Assembly: GCA_013239625.1 (NCBI GenBank)
Contig: MU056050.1
Coordinates: forward strand, 7,234,773 to 7,298,772
Source: Lama guanicoe
Lineage: Eukaryota
Length of the DNA stretch: 64,000 nucleotides
Direction: 5' to 3'
In this document: piece after piece, positions 50,579-64,000 of the stretch
Position numbering within the stretch: the first letter of the stretch is position 1
Layout of the letters: each line of letters begins with the position of its first letter
The notes under the pieces: model-generated
Databases searched by the model: none
What the model was told of the DNA's origin: nothing
Seen by the model: only the letters and a program-made list of their open reading frames with translations
Program-made: the position numbers and the translations under genes

Positions 50579-51959
50579 TCTATTGCAGCAATTTTCATAT
50601 GTTCTTACTGGAGAGTGCCTTATACTCATGGTTCCATCACAATGCTTTCTCGTCCACCACACGTGCAGCCAATCCCAACTTCTGAAATTTATGCCCTACT
50701 CCCTTCTGCCACTGTGCTAGGACTAATCTGATCACACTCCTCCCATTCTCAGCCATGAATATATTAGCATTTTTAGAATGGTTAATTTTATGCTTCACAT
50801 CAAAGAAATGATCCTTATGGTGAGGAGTCCAGGTGCCATGGTAGGCTGATGGGGTTCTGTTTAGAGAGTAGTCTTGGAAATAGCATTAGGATTATCATGC
50901 CAAAGGAAAAGAGAGGCCGTCTAGAAAATCCTTGCATGGAATGCAGAAGACAACCCCATCTCTAGCATAACACACTAGACCTTGCATACAGTAGGCACAT
51001 AAGAATTGTATGTTAAGGAAGATTATGGCCCAAGGGCAGGGTTGGGTGTCCTAAAACTCAATAGCATGATACTTTCTGTTCTCTGGCTAAGGGAAAGGAA
51101 ACAGCAGGATAAATCATATTTTGGGTCTACATTAAGTCTGGGGCTCAAGGGTTTACCCAGGTTTGGTATTTATTGCTCATGGAGCAATACTGTGTGTTGT
51201 AGGTGTTATTTTGAATCCCTGCTCCTTTTCTTTGAAACTTAACAATCCATCATTGTTTGTGAACAATGCACTGAAGCCTCAGGCACATCCTACTCTCTCT
51301 CCGATCACAGATGTCACCAGCAGTGACGCCACCGCTTGCATTGTGGCTGTGCAGGGTAAGAGAACTGACAGGGCTTTTGTAAGACAAGGTTCCCAGGAGG
51401 CATGAGAGAGATGACGCTATTTAGACAAGCAAGGGCTTTATCTCCTTATGAGTGTTACCAAGGATGGGTCAGAGAACCACTCAAGGAGATCCGGATGGCA
51501 CAATATATTCTTCCTTGGGGAAGAAGGGGGAAGGGAAGGGGAGGGAAAAGGAAATATAAAAGGGAAAGGGAAGGGTTTTTATGCTAGCTTATACAGTTGG
51601 TAATTATTCACACAAGAGCTGTGACTGTGGTGCTGTAGGGGTGGGAGAGAGTAGCTTGATCCTCAGGGTATGCAGATGAGGACCTCAGGGTAGAGGGTGC
51701 TTTCACAAACTGACCCTCATGCTGGAAGATTCATTGTTCTAGTCTACAAGCTGAATGGTCCTGGAGACAGCCACCTCCATACTGGAACAGTTATAATGAT
51801 GTTCAAGGTTTTAAACTGGATATATAAGAAGCTAGGGTGTCAAGTCAGCCATCCAGATGGCAGTTCCAGTGGGGTGGGGGTGTAGTGAGGAAGAAGAAGG
51901 CCAAAGGGTTTGGCATAGACCTCTCCAAGGAATTCACAGTATACACCCTATGTTTATGA

Positions 51960-52390
51960 AGGGAACAGGGTATAGTGGAAGGAGTACAGCTTGGGGCCAG
52001 GTATAAAATCAAGTCTTGGCTCTATTACTTACTAGCTGTGTGACTTTAGGCAAGTTCCACAAACTCTAGCCTGTTTATTCACCTGCAGTTAGAGATAATG
52101 ATACCTATCTTTCAGGTACTAAGTTAATGATAATAATTTTGATTCTTAATAATGGTTAAATGCTTATTATGTGCCAAACACCGTTTTAAGGCTTTATATG
52201 TATTATGTAATCTAATCCACATAACAATCCTGAGACAGGTAATATCATTAGACCCATTTTACAGATAAGGAAAAGGAAACACAAAGAAGTTAGGAAGTAG
52301 CCCAAGGTCACAGATGGCATTAATGCTGGAGTGAAATTCAGATTTAGGTACTATGGCTCCACAGCCCATACTTTTAGGCACTGAACTCTA
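51960..52390. repeat. Two adjacent MIRs in opposite orientation
   Basis: Plus-strand core ttactagctgtgtgactttaggcaagtt, then minus-strand core cccattttacagataaggaaa. Confidence 0.7.
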
Positions 52391-53559
52391 TCCTATCACT
52401 GCAGTATAAAGAATGCTGAACCCGATATCTAACACAGAGCAAGTATTCAATCATGATTTAACCTCACTTCCTTTATCTCTCCTTTCCTTTTTTTTCTGTT
52501 TAAGAAAGAAACCATTCAGCTGCCCTACTGGGGTCTCTTCTTCCACTTCTTTAAGCTGAAGCCAGGGGTTTTCTTTGTTATTTCAGGATGGGCTGGCATG
52601 AGTTGAGAAATCTCAGAGATAGTCCTTGTCACTTCAAGGTTATTAGCTGAATGTGAGCCAGGAAAATAGGCTGAAGTCAGACGCAAGGGCCCAGGAATCC
52701 CAGTAGGCTCCACCACAGGAACCTTGGAGGACTTCCTCTGTCGGTAAGAGAAGTGGCTAGCTGTACTAGAGAGGCTCTCTTTGGCTTTTCTGCACTTAGG
52801 TCCATAATTCTCCACCCCTAACTTCTTGAGCTTCTGAGATACCAGTGAACTCACATTACCTTGGTCTAGGTTGAATGGTGGACTGTGGCCCTCTAGTCTT
52901 TAGGATTGCATCATCACATTCATTCTATATTTCCTCACCTAACAGAGAGAGAACATCAAAAGCATAAATGGGCCACAAAAATGCTACCATACCTCAGCTC
53001 CTTTAACATCTCCACTAATTGCCTGTTGAGCCACACATTTTTTTTCCTGGTTTTGAAACACACACATTAATATTACTGACAGGCTCCCAAATGTTGTAGC
53101 TACTGGTTTCAACTAGAAATCTTAATGTTTAACAAACTGACTAACTGTATTTCAGGTCCTGAGCATCCTCTTTAAGTTAATGGCATTGCTGGTGATGGAG
53201 GGGGAATGGAGAAAGAAAAAAATAGAAGCATAAAATCTGAAAGTTCCCAAAGCTCTGTGGTCAATGCTTTTTTGAGGTAAGTTGCGTAAGAGATGATTTG
53301 GCAACCCCGCGGTTATGCTGTTGGAAGTCTGGCAAGATCTCTTGGAGAAAAAAAATAAACAGCCCTGGGGTTAATCCACAAGCCGTTTTGCTTTAGCCTT
53401 TGTTGCTGAAAATCTTTCCAACATGTTTCAATCCACTTCCTTGCCACAGGAGATAGAGTACAACAAAGATAAATATAGCATAGGCTAGATCTGGAATTAG
53501 GAGGGCTGAGTTTGAACTCTGGCTCAACTATTTACTCGTGGTGTAGCAATTACTTACAC

Positions 53560-53736
53560 CCGTGTTTGTCCAAATGCAGTCCAACCATGTGCATCAGAAT
53601 CACCTGGAGTGCTTGCTAAATAGTCAAGTTCCAGAGTCCACTGCTGACGTTTTCATCTGGGAGGTGCTAGGAAATCTGACTGCTGAACAAACACCCTAGA
53701 TAACTCTTACACCCACTACAAATTTGAGAAACACAG
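53560..53736. mobile_element. MER5-type element nested in a MIR
   Basis: gcatcagaatcacctggagtgcttgctaaa...tttgagaaacac. MIR sequence stops at ttacttac and resumes at tcagtttcctcatctataaa. Confidence 0.7.
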
Positions 53737-54894
53737 AGCGTCAGTTTCCTCATCTATAAATAAGAATGATACCACCCCTTTAACAGGGTTGTGGTGAAAA
53801 CAACGCAGGTGGTCAATATATGCTCGATGTACCTGAATCTTTGAGTGAGATTATGGCAGGGCTTCAGGATACATTCTGAATATTAATTTAACAAACATGT
53901 TACATCCATGCAGCATTTGATGGTACCAAGGTGAAAAAACCCATGTTTCCCCGCCCTTTGAGGGGCTCATAGACTAGTGGGAGAGACAGACATGGAAACA
54001 AAATTATCGTATAGTTTGATAATGGCTAAACAGAGATATGAAGTGAGAGGCAGCTACTCCACTCGGACGAGAGGTGGTGGTGGAGGAGGGAGGGGAGCAT
54101 ACAGGAAGTGATGCTAAGCTGGAGGCAACTTTAAAGTGAGTTTTGAAAGATAAGTCAGTTTTGGTACTGTGGATATCTTAAAAGTGGAGGAGATGAGGCT
54201 GTATTTGTGCTAAGTCTAAAACCTAGAATAGAAATTGTTCCTGTTTGGAGGAGATGGGCATGAGTGGAGAATACTTTCCATATCAGTCTACTTATTATTC
54301 CTTGCTCCTAAAAGTAGAATGTTAAAAAACTGGAGTCATTTTGTGTTCTCCAGTTCACTGGACTCTGAGAGGATAGGTATTAGACTATGTTGCTGACTTG
54401 CCTTTCAAGTCACTAACTACAAGGCCATGGTCTAAGTCAGGAGGGTGGGACACTGGCCATGACCACTATAAACAAGTCAAGTGTTAAATCCTACTGATAA
54501 TGGGAACTTTGGCTTGAGAACTAGCTGTCTCAGCAGAGTCATCCTCAAATATTAAGGGCAATGCTATATATACACATACAGCCACAGGAGGCAGTGACTA
54601 ATGGCTCTGCTTTAGGCCAGCAGCCCTAGCCTCTTTCTAGTTTCCTTACCTCTACAGGCAGCCTAATTTGGGTTTTCAAACTCCACCTGAAGTTGACAAA
54701 TAATCAGAAAACAATAGCCTTACTATTCAGAACTTCCCACTGTCTCTACCACCCTTCATGTTTCAAAATGATTGAGCTTTTTGAAAACTACAACATACTC
54801 CTATCAATCCCCATTATGCCTTTGGCCAGACCAAACATAATAAACTCTCAACCCTTAATTCTGTGTGACCCTGAATGAAAGAAAAATAGGCTTA

Positions 54895-55130
54895 TAACAG
54901 TAGTTAAGAGCATGGGCTTTGGATTAGATCTGAGTTCTAATCTTGGCCTGCCACTTATTAGCTGTGTGATGCTAAGGAAGTGACTTAATGTCTCTGTTCT
55001 TCACTTTTCACATCTGAAAAATGATGATAAGAGTAGTACCTCTCTCATAGGGCTGTGGTAAGGATTTAAGGAGAAAATATGTGGGGAAAAAAGGCCCACT
55101 GCAGTGCCTAGCTTAATAAGAAGTAGTAGA
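54895..55130 (+). repeat. MIR
   Basis: gtagttaagagcatgggctttgga...gccacttattagctgtgtga...catctgaaaaatg. Confidence 0.8.
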
Positions 55131-56809
55131 ATACTAGTAATTATTATTATTATTAATATATTAGCCATAGTAAGCATTGTTTCTGATACCTTGTGGAAAA
55201 TAGGGGCCATTGTGGGTGGGGAGAGAAGGGAGTATTATGATTCCTTCAGGTGAAAAGTACAAGGAAGTACCTATGGGAACCAACCATTAATAATAAAAAG
55301 TAGGGAATGTATTTAAACAAAAAAGAACAAAATGGCTTCTCTTTAAACAATTCTTTGCCAAAAACACTGCCAGAAAGAACGGCAGGACTAATTTATATAC
55401 CTCTCATCTGATTGATGCATTTTCTAAAAGTGGTACTGCTAATAAAATTCTCAAAAATATTTTCCAGTGTTAACCTCCTCCCCCACTGTATATACATACC
55501 CCAGGCCCATCAGACCTGCTGCCAAAAACCATTCTTTTTTCTCCAAAAGCATGGATGGCATTTGCATCCAGGCCCTCTCATGATCACCCCATCTGTGGTG
55601 AAGGGAAACCAGAATAACTTAGTATCACATCTCAATTCTCCATGACCAGGATGGGAAGCAATGAGGGAAGGGAAGAGAAGAGATTGCTTTTCATGGCCAG
55701 CTTTCCAATAAGACAAAGGGAGGTTATGGCCATGGCTGTGACCTTTGACAGCTGGGCAGAGGACACCCACTCTATCAGCCTACTCCAGGAACAATCCATA
55801 TGCAAGTGATTTGCTCGGCAGTTTGTAATTTTGGAACAGTATTAATAATAGCGCCTTTCCTGGAATCTATCTTATATATGACGTGTTTTGCCCCATTTAA
55901 TTCAATAGTTCTGAATATTTTAATACAGCAGTAGTAGTTCAAATAGCAAACACATGTGAGCTATTGACTTTCTTTCCTTTTATCCATTTCTGCTGTAACT
56001 TAAATTTTCTTCCTGAGTGAATCTCCAGGCCACTAGTGACATCACCTTTAATCTATTTGTGTTTTTTTTCCTTAATTGGCATTAATATGGAGGAGATATA
56101 AGCTGTTAAAAAATAAAAGACGTCCAGGTTGGTGACGATCTCCAGAACAAACCTTACAGGGATTGGTAGAATAAATTTGATCTGAAAATGATTACAAAGG
56201 GTGAATTCTCTGTTAATAATGAATTGGAAAGAAAATCAGTCTGGGAGTATTTGCTTATCCACTTATTTCCACATGGAAGAAAAGCCATAAGTCCTGTCAG
56301 CCTGTGCTTACAGCATGCCTAGATTGGCCAGAGAGAAACCAACCAGTGCTGAAAATAAATATACAGGCCCACCCGTTCACTGCATTCTCTGTCAGGTCCA
56401 ACACCAAGGAAAGCCACAAGATAAGTCTTTGGGTAACAACCCATAAATCCATAGTTATAGTTCAAGCACTTAACTTCAAATTCCCAAATGACTATGTCAC
56501 TGTTTCACTGTCCTTTGTTCTTCCAGAAGCTAGAAGTTCACTGTCAAAAAGCAGGAGAGGGGAGGAGAGGAGCAAGGCAGCTGGAACACTCAACGACCCT
56601 AGAAAAAATTTGGGAAAGCCTGTCCTCCTTACAAATCACAACTTCTTGAGAAACTAACTGATATGTCAGTGGAAGCCACTGTCAGAGCAAGCTGGCTAAG
56701 GTTTTTATCAAAGTGCACCTAGCTCTCAAGAGCAGTGTTCCTTAAAAATCCAAAGCTAGTTTCTGTATATCAAATCCCATTTTTCCACTGATTCACACTG
56801 TCTTTTCCT

Positions 56810-57060
56810 AACTTTTTAAATTAAATATTGAATAGCTACAAAGGGAAATTTAAAAGAGACAAGTGTGAAGTATAAAAAACAATGGTGCAATGAATATTGT
56901 GTATCTAACATGCAGTTTAAGAAAGAGAATATAACTATTACCTTTAAAGGCCACCATGTGTTCCTCCCCTAATTCCTTCCATCTCCCCTTGGAGATAACC
57001 ACTATTCTGATTTTGTGTTAATTATTCCTTGCTTATCTTTATAGTACTACTACATATAAT
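56810..57060 (-). mobile_element. Ancient L1ME-like 3' end
   Basis: ttaagaaagagaatataac...gagataaccactattctgattttgtgtt...ttccttgctt. Confidence 0.6.
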
Positions 57061-57779
57061 GATGCTGTCTCTTCCGAAATGTTTAATCTGAATTTCTGGA
57101 GAACTCTTCAGTTGCAGGAGCTTTAATCTGTGCTGTTCTCCCTCATGTTCCTCCCCTCCCCTTCTCTTCCCCCACCCTTCTCCAGCTTGCAGGCTAGTTG
57201 GTGATCTATGAATAAACATGAGTTTCAAAGGTGCTATGTAGTAGTGAACCTATAGGAAAAGTCAGGAATTCTTTTGTAACAAGGCTCATTTCCTTTTGTT
57301 TTTCAAGTGAATCCCTGCATGGGTCTTAATTTGTTTACTTGGAGATTTGAGGACACGGAGGTGGCAATGGGCTAGGGTTCCTGAGTCAGAAGACTATGCT
57401 ACTTACTGGCTGTGTGACTTTGGGCTAGCCACTTAATATCTCTGAGCCTTGGCTTCCTCATCTCAAAAACACGGACAACAATAATACTGATCTTACAGGG
57501 CTGGTGAGATGGTTCAATAAGAGAGCTTAATTGTAAAAGTATTTTGGAAGCTCTGTAAATTTTAGCTGTTAATGCTGTTGCAGCTCTGCTGCTTTTATTG
57601 ATGCTGTAAGATCACTTCTGTTAAAGTCAAGGTAAAGGACTAGAGGGTTATGAATTTTCCAAGTCTGGAGCTAATCCACAGGCTTATCCTTGCCAGCTGT
57701 CTGGCAAAGCTGGAAAAGCACAGACAAAATTAAAATTTCTTTTCCAACTCTGTATTACTGGTCTACATGGAAATGTTCC

Positions 57780-58740
57780 ACCTTCGAACAGCTTCCTCAA
57801 ATCCCACTGGACCTGCCCAATCTGCACGTGTGGGAGTTGTGTTTGCTCTGGCCTATGTCAGTGCTGAAGCCTAGGGCAGAAAGGAGTCACATGTTACAGG
57901 CATCTAACATTTTCTCTTCTTAGTAATTTCTCATAGGACGGTGATGCCAGTGACTCAAATAGCAACGTGTGCAAGATGTGCTCATCACCCGATCAGTCTG
58001 CGCCTGAGGAACCTTCTGAAGGTCCTGACTTTCGCCTGTGTGATATTAACATAACCATTTGCATATCATTTCCATTTTGGTTTTAAAAGGGTCTCTCCTT
58101 GAAGATCTACAAGAATGAGAGTAAGCAGTGGAAAGTCATGTTTCCATTCTGCAAACGATATAATCAAATCTGTAAACGGGCAAAAATACACACAAGAGAT
58201 GCTCCATCAAACCGCCAGCAATTATTTCAGCGAACAGACACAAGTTGTGCACGATTCCCCACAGCTGCTGTAGGTGCTGAAGGAAGACATTCAAACAACT
58301 GAAGGGAAACATCGATCATTTTTTTGAATGTGGAGTGAGGCTACCTGCGTGGATGCCCAGGATAGGGTGAGGGAGGAAGGGTGCTGGTAATATTCCCACA
58401 CATGTTTCCCAGCCTTGAGGCTGGACAGCCACATGCCCATCTGCTGCTAAGGATAAAAAAAAAAAAGACAGGGCTTAAGCGCACGGGACAGGCTGTTTGA
58501 CCTCTGAGGTTGCAAGGCTTTTGCCCTCCGCCTAACAGCTGACGCCTCGAACAAGCAGGCCAGCCCATATGGCCTCTGCAGGGTCTAGCACGAGGACTCC
58601 AGCTGAGGGGTGGCGGCAGCTATGGCAACAAATGCCTAGGAATGAGTTAACACCAGCCAAAGGGGTTAATGGGAGAGGCAAGGGCTTTTATACAAATGCA
58701 TTAGGGAAAGAAATGTGATACAGCGGGAATGAGGCCCATT
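57780..58740. promoter_or_regulatory. Candidate intronic enhancer or internal promoter
   Basis: Non-repeat-looking segment with ~22 CpGs in ~960 bp (hand count). Motifs: CACGTG 57825-57830, AP-1 TGACTCA 57951-57957, octamer ATTTGCAT 58057-58064, CAGCTG 58536-58541, X-box-like 58616-58629, minus-strand TATAAAAG 58692-58685. Confidence 0.45.
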
Positions 58741-61700
58741 AATAAAGCTGAGTGATAAAATCCACCACCATTCTTAAATTGGACTTGGCTACTTAAACTG
58801 CTTTCCCAAATCAGTCTCCTGTTCTCTAGCTGTTCACTAAGACACTAAGCTTATTTAAAGAATAAAAAACAATGTTATAATATGCAGTGTAAAAGGAGAA
58901 AATAAGATAGGCAAAAGGGTATAAAATTAGACTTGCAGGCAAAGGAAGGAAGAAAAAAACAAGATGTGTACAACTAAGTTCTGAAAATGTTCAAACAGCT
59001 TGTTATTACTAACAATCACCACCTGACAATAAATTACCCCCTACATGTGGATCACGAACTGCATTATTATGATGCATTAGAATCAATCTGAGTACTAACG
59101 ATAATGGGTGGTTGGGTGGCCAAACATGGCCCCCAATTACTGCTGAGTGCCCTCTCTTTCTTTGGCTACAAAACAACTGTCATCAATATTCTCTCATAGA
59201 GAATGTTTTCTTATCAGCCTATGTCCTCAAAACATCCCTGGAAGGCAGGTCGATATTGATGGGCTTTTTTGAAGAAAGCAGGGAGGCATGGAGAGGTTAC
59301 GTGAAAATTAGCAGAGGCAGTACGACCAATTCCACAACAGAATTTGTGTTGTAAAAGGAGCCAAAGTATGGAGGCAAAGGGCTTTGGGCTGCTCCGCTGA
59401 TGATGGCAGCACCTAGTGAAGGCAGAGGATCCGAGTTTTCAGGCATTCTCTTAGCTACAGTGAAAAGTGTAGACTCCTTCAGCCGCTACAAGTGGAATAT
59501 CTGATTGTAGCTCAAAGCACAGAACCACAGAGTGGAGTGTATTTTTACTTTTGGCAGAGTACATACAACCTCAGAGTTAAATTTCACTTCTGAGAAGAAA
59601 AAGAGAGTACACTGGAATTCAGAAACAAGTATAATCCACTTGAATAGTATTTTCTAGTTTCATGAATGAGAGAATGGCATTTATTGAGCCCCTGTTACAC
59701 TTTTTGTTAGTCTGGGAGGGACGTGAGAAGCAAAAGACAGTTAACTTCCCTCAGAGAGCTTATAATTTACTTGGAGGATAGAGGTGGGCAAATTCACACA
59801 CAAAATAAAGACCAAAAAAAAAAGACCTAAGTATAAAGTGACAATCCTGTTTGTCCTACTGGTTAGAGGGAACAAATGAGGAAACCTGAAAGGTGGGATG
59901 TTGGTAAATTCCGACATGAATGTTACCAGGCGAACTTAAGCTGACAAGCATGTTAGACACTTCTATCAGTGGTGAACGTAGTCTCACAAAAGGGGTGGAC
60001 AAAGGAGATGAACAGGAGAGAGCATGAGGTACATTAGAAGGGCAGATGAGATTACACACAGGGAACCAGGACAGAGGTGTCTGCCATTATTTGAATAGGA
60101 TCATGTGATTTTTAAAAAATTAACTCCACTGATGATAGGGCTTGCTTTCCTGGGGACAGCAATTTTTGGGCAAGCACATCTGGTTGGCATGTCTCAACAT
60201 ATAGTGAAGAGCTATAGGACAGATAATTTAATGTGGAGGGCTCTGGTGAGCACATGGTGGGCTGAAGAGAGGTCCACATGTCTTAGCTATTAGGCATACA
60301 AACTGGCCAAGCTGTCACTCTGTTTCAGAAATTAAGGTGTTTGACTTGTGTGCCTGTCTAGACGGAATGTTAGCTCCCTCATAGGGTATCTGCAAAGAGG
60401 CATTAAACTTTTCCTGAAAAGAAAAAAGCATTTTGGATCTGTTTTAGTGACTTAGCTGGTGTACATCAGTATTCCAGATGATGCCTCCCTGAGCCACTTC
60501 ACTTTCTACCTCCTTCTGCTCTATAGCCTCAGGCTATACATGTCACCTTGCCTTGTCTTGCAAACACAACTGGCTCTAGGAAACTTGGTCGGGGGATGAG
60601 GATTACTCCAAAAACCCAACCACTGAACACACATGTTGTCCTGCACACAGTGGGTCAGCAACGTGACTGTCACAGGTGAAAGCTGAACGTTGTAAGGAAT
60701 GACAGGCTATGGAGCTTCCCTAGGTCGATTTCTCAATGAGGAAAATTCAGTTCAGAATTGCAACCTGACAGTATCTCCCTCTACAGGACCTATTCTCCGG
60801 AATAGAAAATTGACCACTGCTATCTCTCTTTTTAGGAAACTTGAAAGAGATCCCAATTATGCCCAAAGGAACTGTCATGCTATAAGAAGTTTGTGACCCC
60901 AGGCCCTATAACTTCAAGGTATTGGAGCTCTGAAAATAGCCTGGATGCGACTTTATAGCCTCAGAGCCCATCTTTGGATTTTTCCAGGAATATAAATGGC
61001 AAGTTATTACATGAATGTTACTTGTCGAACTTGAACTGATGAGTATATTAGACACATACATCAGAAGTGCATGAACTCACAACAGAGTTGGTCAAAAGAG
61101 GTGAGCTGGAAAGAGAACCCATGGTAAATTAGGAAGACAGACGAAAGTTAAAGGAAACCAGAATGGAGGTGTCTGTCATTCTCTGAATATGATTATGTCT
61201 TTTTTTTTTTGAGCCAGACTCCACTGGTAGGTCCTGCTTTCCCAGGGGCAGCACTTCCCAGGCAAGCAAGCTTAGAAGTCATTTGGGAAGAAATATTTCT
61301 TTCCTCTGACATGAGCAGCTAGGTGGAAAAGATGAGCAGACATTTGCTTTGGGAGCAAGAGGTGCCGAGCTTAATGCCTATCATCTCTTGGAGATGATGA
61401 TATATTGTATATACACATAAAATCACTGCAGCTGTTTGCTTTTTCCAGGGGGTCAGAGTACACAGTCTTTTATCTCCTAATGTCTGGTTTTCAATCTGGC
61501 TATATCTTGAAATCTGTTCTGAATACAGCCCAGACAGGAAGGTTTTGGTCAAGCATGCAGTGACTAACCTTCAAGCACAACAGAGCACCAGGAAGGCAGC
61601 CTGACCTTTGCAGTAAAATTAATTTGATGCTTACAATCTAACCTAGAGTCCATAGCTTTTATTCATATGACAGAGTCACAAGACAATTTAGCAGGGCTTA

Positions 61701-64000
61701 TTAAATTCCACTTAAGCTCATTAGAGGGGAGAACTGAGGTTGATGCATTTCAGGATACCAGTGAATTGGTCAAACCATGTGGCAAAGGATACACTGATAC
61801 AACTTCAATCCCTATGAGCTTCTTATATAGGGAAGCCATTTGGCAAGTGCCAGAGATCCCAGGGTGAGGCTGGAAGGTGAGTGGGTTGGGGATGGTACAA
61901 GAAATGCCATCCTGCAACCCCTTTCCCATTCCAGCTGGTGGTAGGAAGTTTGGAGCAGAAGACTAATCAGAAATGAAAGTGGATGCCAATGAATTAAGAA
62001 GGATGCATCCCTCGTAAGATGGCTAAGAGAACCTCACATAGGACCATTCTGCTGGGTTTCCAGAAAGCTTCTGCAACAATAGTACCAACTCCAGCATTAA
62101 CCAGGGGGAATAAGTGTTCCAGTCACTGCATTTGAAACAAGCGTGTTATACACAAAGGCCTGACTGTTTGCAGTGGGATATCCTGGTTGGTTTTATTTAG
62201 GCAATATAATAATGTAACTTTCTTAGTCTGATGCTCTTTATTTGAACATTCATTACAATGATTCATCTCTCCTCTTCTTTCTTTACCAATGATATTTGCA
62301 TTCTATTAGCAAATATAATTTCATAGAGGAAGATAAGAGAATCCAACTTATCCAATTTGTTTCCATCATAGTAACAGAAGGAATCCTTCAATGGTCTGTT
62401 TTGCATCATTCTACTGATTTCAATAAGTTTTTCTTTATAAGTCAGGGTTTGTAGCATTAAATATTACTCATCACTGCAGAATCAGTATTAATCTAATATC
62501 ACACAGATAGTTTGGTTTCATCTAACTCAACACCCTCTTATTTTCTAGTCTGGAGGTTCTTTCGTTCCACAGAAAGCATGCTGACGTTGTACCTTTCTGA
62601 GAGATACTTAGCACTAATGTGATTCTCTAAAAGGCTATCAGCATTTTACCCTGTATGAATAATTAACTGGGTACCTGCAATTTCTCTGTTGCTGGGTTGT
62701 AAGAGCTTTGAGGGCAGGGATGGTACCTTATATGCTGTTAACTATGCTCCAGGATATGGCATAGTGAATGAACGTGGCATAGTGAGTGAGCAAACAGCTG
62801 ATTTTTAACTCCTTCAATCTGCTGAATGCACTGTAATGCCTGACAATAATTGTGGCTCACACTATTTGTTGGTTTTTTTTTAAGTAAAAATACTTTCTCC
62901 AATTTTTATACAAATTTTCCCCAAGTTAATCTTGCTAATATTCTCCATTTTAATTTCTTCTTTCACTAACTGAACTTAGTCTACATAAGAGCATTAAACT
63001 CTACTAGGGGTTCTCTGGTTAGCTGGTTGGTTTTGTCTAAAAAAATGATCTCAAGTCATGAGAATAAGATTAGGGGAACCAGGAATGATGTTCAAAATAT
63101 TCAAATACCAGTATGGCATGAGCAACCAAACAGAACCTTACCACTGGAGTAGGGCCCAGGAAATCCTCTTGTGCCAGAGGTCAATCCATTATTGTTAGAC
63201 TGTGGGGAAGCCTGGAGGATACCAGGAGGATCAGGGTGGCCTGGCTGACAGGCAGTCATTTAGTGGGGTGGTCTGGACAGTGATTATTTATTTGCAGGAG
63301 TGGATGGTTATCACTTAGGGGGCATCTGACAGTACCTACTTCCAATTGGAACGGAAGTTTTTCAATATTTTAAAACTAATATGACCATCCAATATACACT
63401 GGCTGAATATCAGCCTGGAGGTTGGGGACCTCTCTTTACCTGGATACACAGCATAATAAGCAGATAATCCTATCCACAGCTGCATTCTCCTTACATAATC
63501 TGTCTTAATGTTCAAGAAAACCATTGTGATCAAAATTATTCTTTATATTAAACTCAAATACAAAAAACCCCCTTTTCTACAGAAATATCAATCTTTTTCC
63601 TCTTATTCTGTTTTCCTAGAGGATGATCTAATCACTTTTTATTGGTTAAATATTCTTTTCTTCCTTTAAAGAAATTATTATTTAAAAATGCCCCTGAATA
63701 GTGTTTTGAGCCTAAAAAGAAAAACAGATCCCAGCACCTACAGTTTTTCCACACCATGCAATGGAAGGTGAGCAGGTAGGGTTAGCTGGGAAGCAGAGAC
63801 ATGTAGTAGGAGACTGAGTAGCTAGCTGTCCTTAATGTCTCTTGCTTGAATAGAGAATGTAATTGTTTTTTAAATGGCAGAGGCTGGACAACAGAGAGTT
63901 CTCTGTTCAAACCATTAGGAATAATAGAAACAAAAGTGCCATGTTTTTGTGCCCTTTAAAATTCTTTGTTATCCCAGTTCAATATCCAGGTCTCTGGATA

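Noticed and set aside
51960..52390. Inverted MIR pair forming dsRNA or an editing substrate
   Set aside because: The copies are old and look too diverged for extended pairing; not supportable without folding analysis.
1..64000. CRISPR array, operon or other prokaryote-type system; remaining short ORFs
   Set aside because: No repeat-spacer array seen. The DNA is mammalian intronic sequence, and the other short ORFs lack recognisable domains or fall within repeats.

Overview
Mammalian genomic DNA, very likely a camelid, judged from a Vic-1-type tRNA-derived SINE at ~9211-9335 and cetartiodactyl-type L1 ends. The window appears to lie wholly inside ENOX2 (ecto-NOX disulfide-thiol exchanger 2, X-linked in placental mammals), transcribed on the minus strand. 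I resolved six GT-AG coding exons by hand (42312-42178, 29475-29320, 20310-20104, 12366-12133, 9911-9699, 7930-7824). They splice in frame into the Pro/Met-rich N-terminus, the RRM and the following helical region. A seventh exon (49899-49811), absent from the ORF track, matches the N-terminal exon of the human long isoform but has GTG at the human start position. The first exons lie right of the window and the 3' exons left of it. The introns are mostly transposon fossils: the CpG-rich 5' end of a young L1 (1-469), a young 5'-truncated L1 with an 11-bp TSD, a near full-length Tigger1 nested in an L2, L1MC1, solo LTRs, MER20, MER5, MIR and L2. I see no CRISPR, rRNA, true tRNA or convincing new multi-gene system. 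The best leads are regulatory: the uORF/start-codon layout of the ENOX2 5' end, a candidate internal TATA promoter at ~57.8-58.7 kb, a sense-oriented L1 promoter inside the gene, and a possible antisense spliced transcript. Repeat family names and human comparisons come from memory, not from searches; boundaries of old repeats are approximate.
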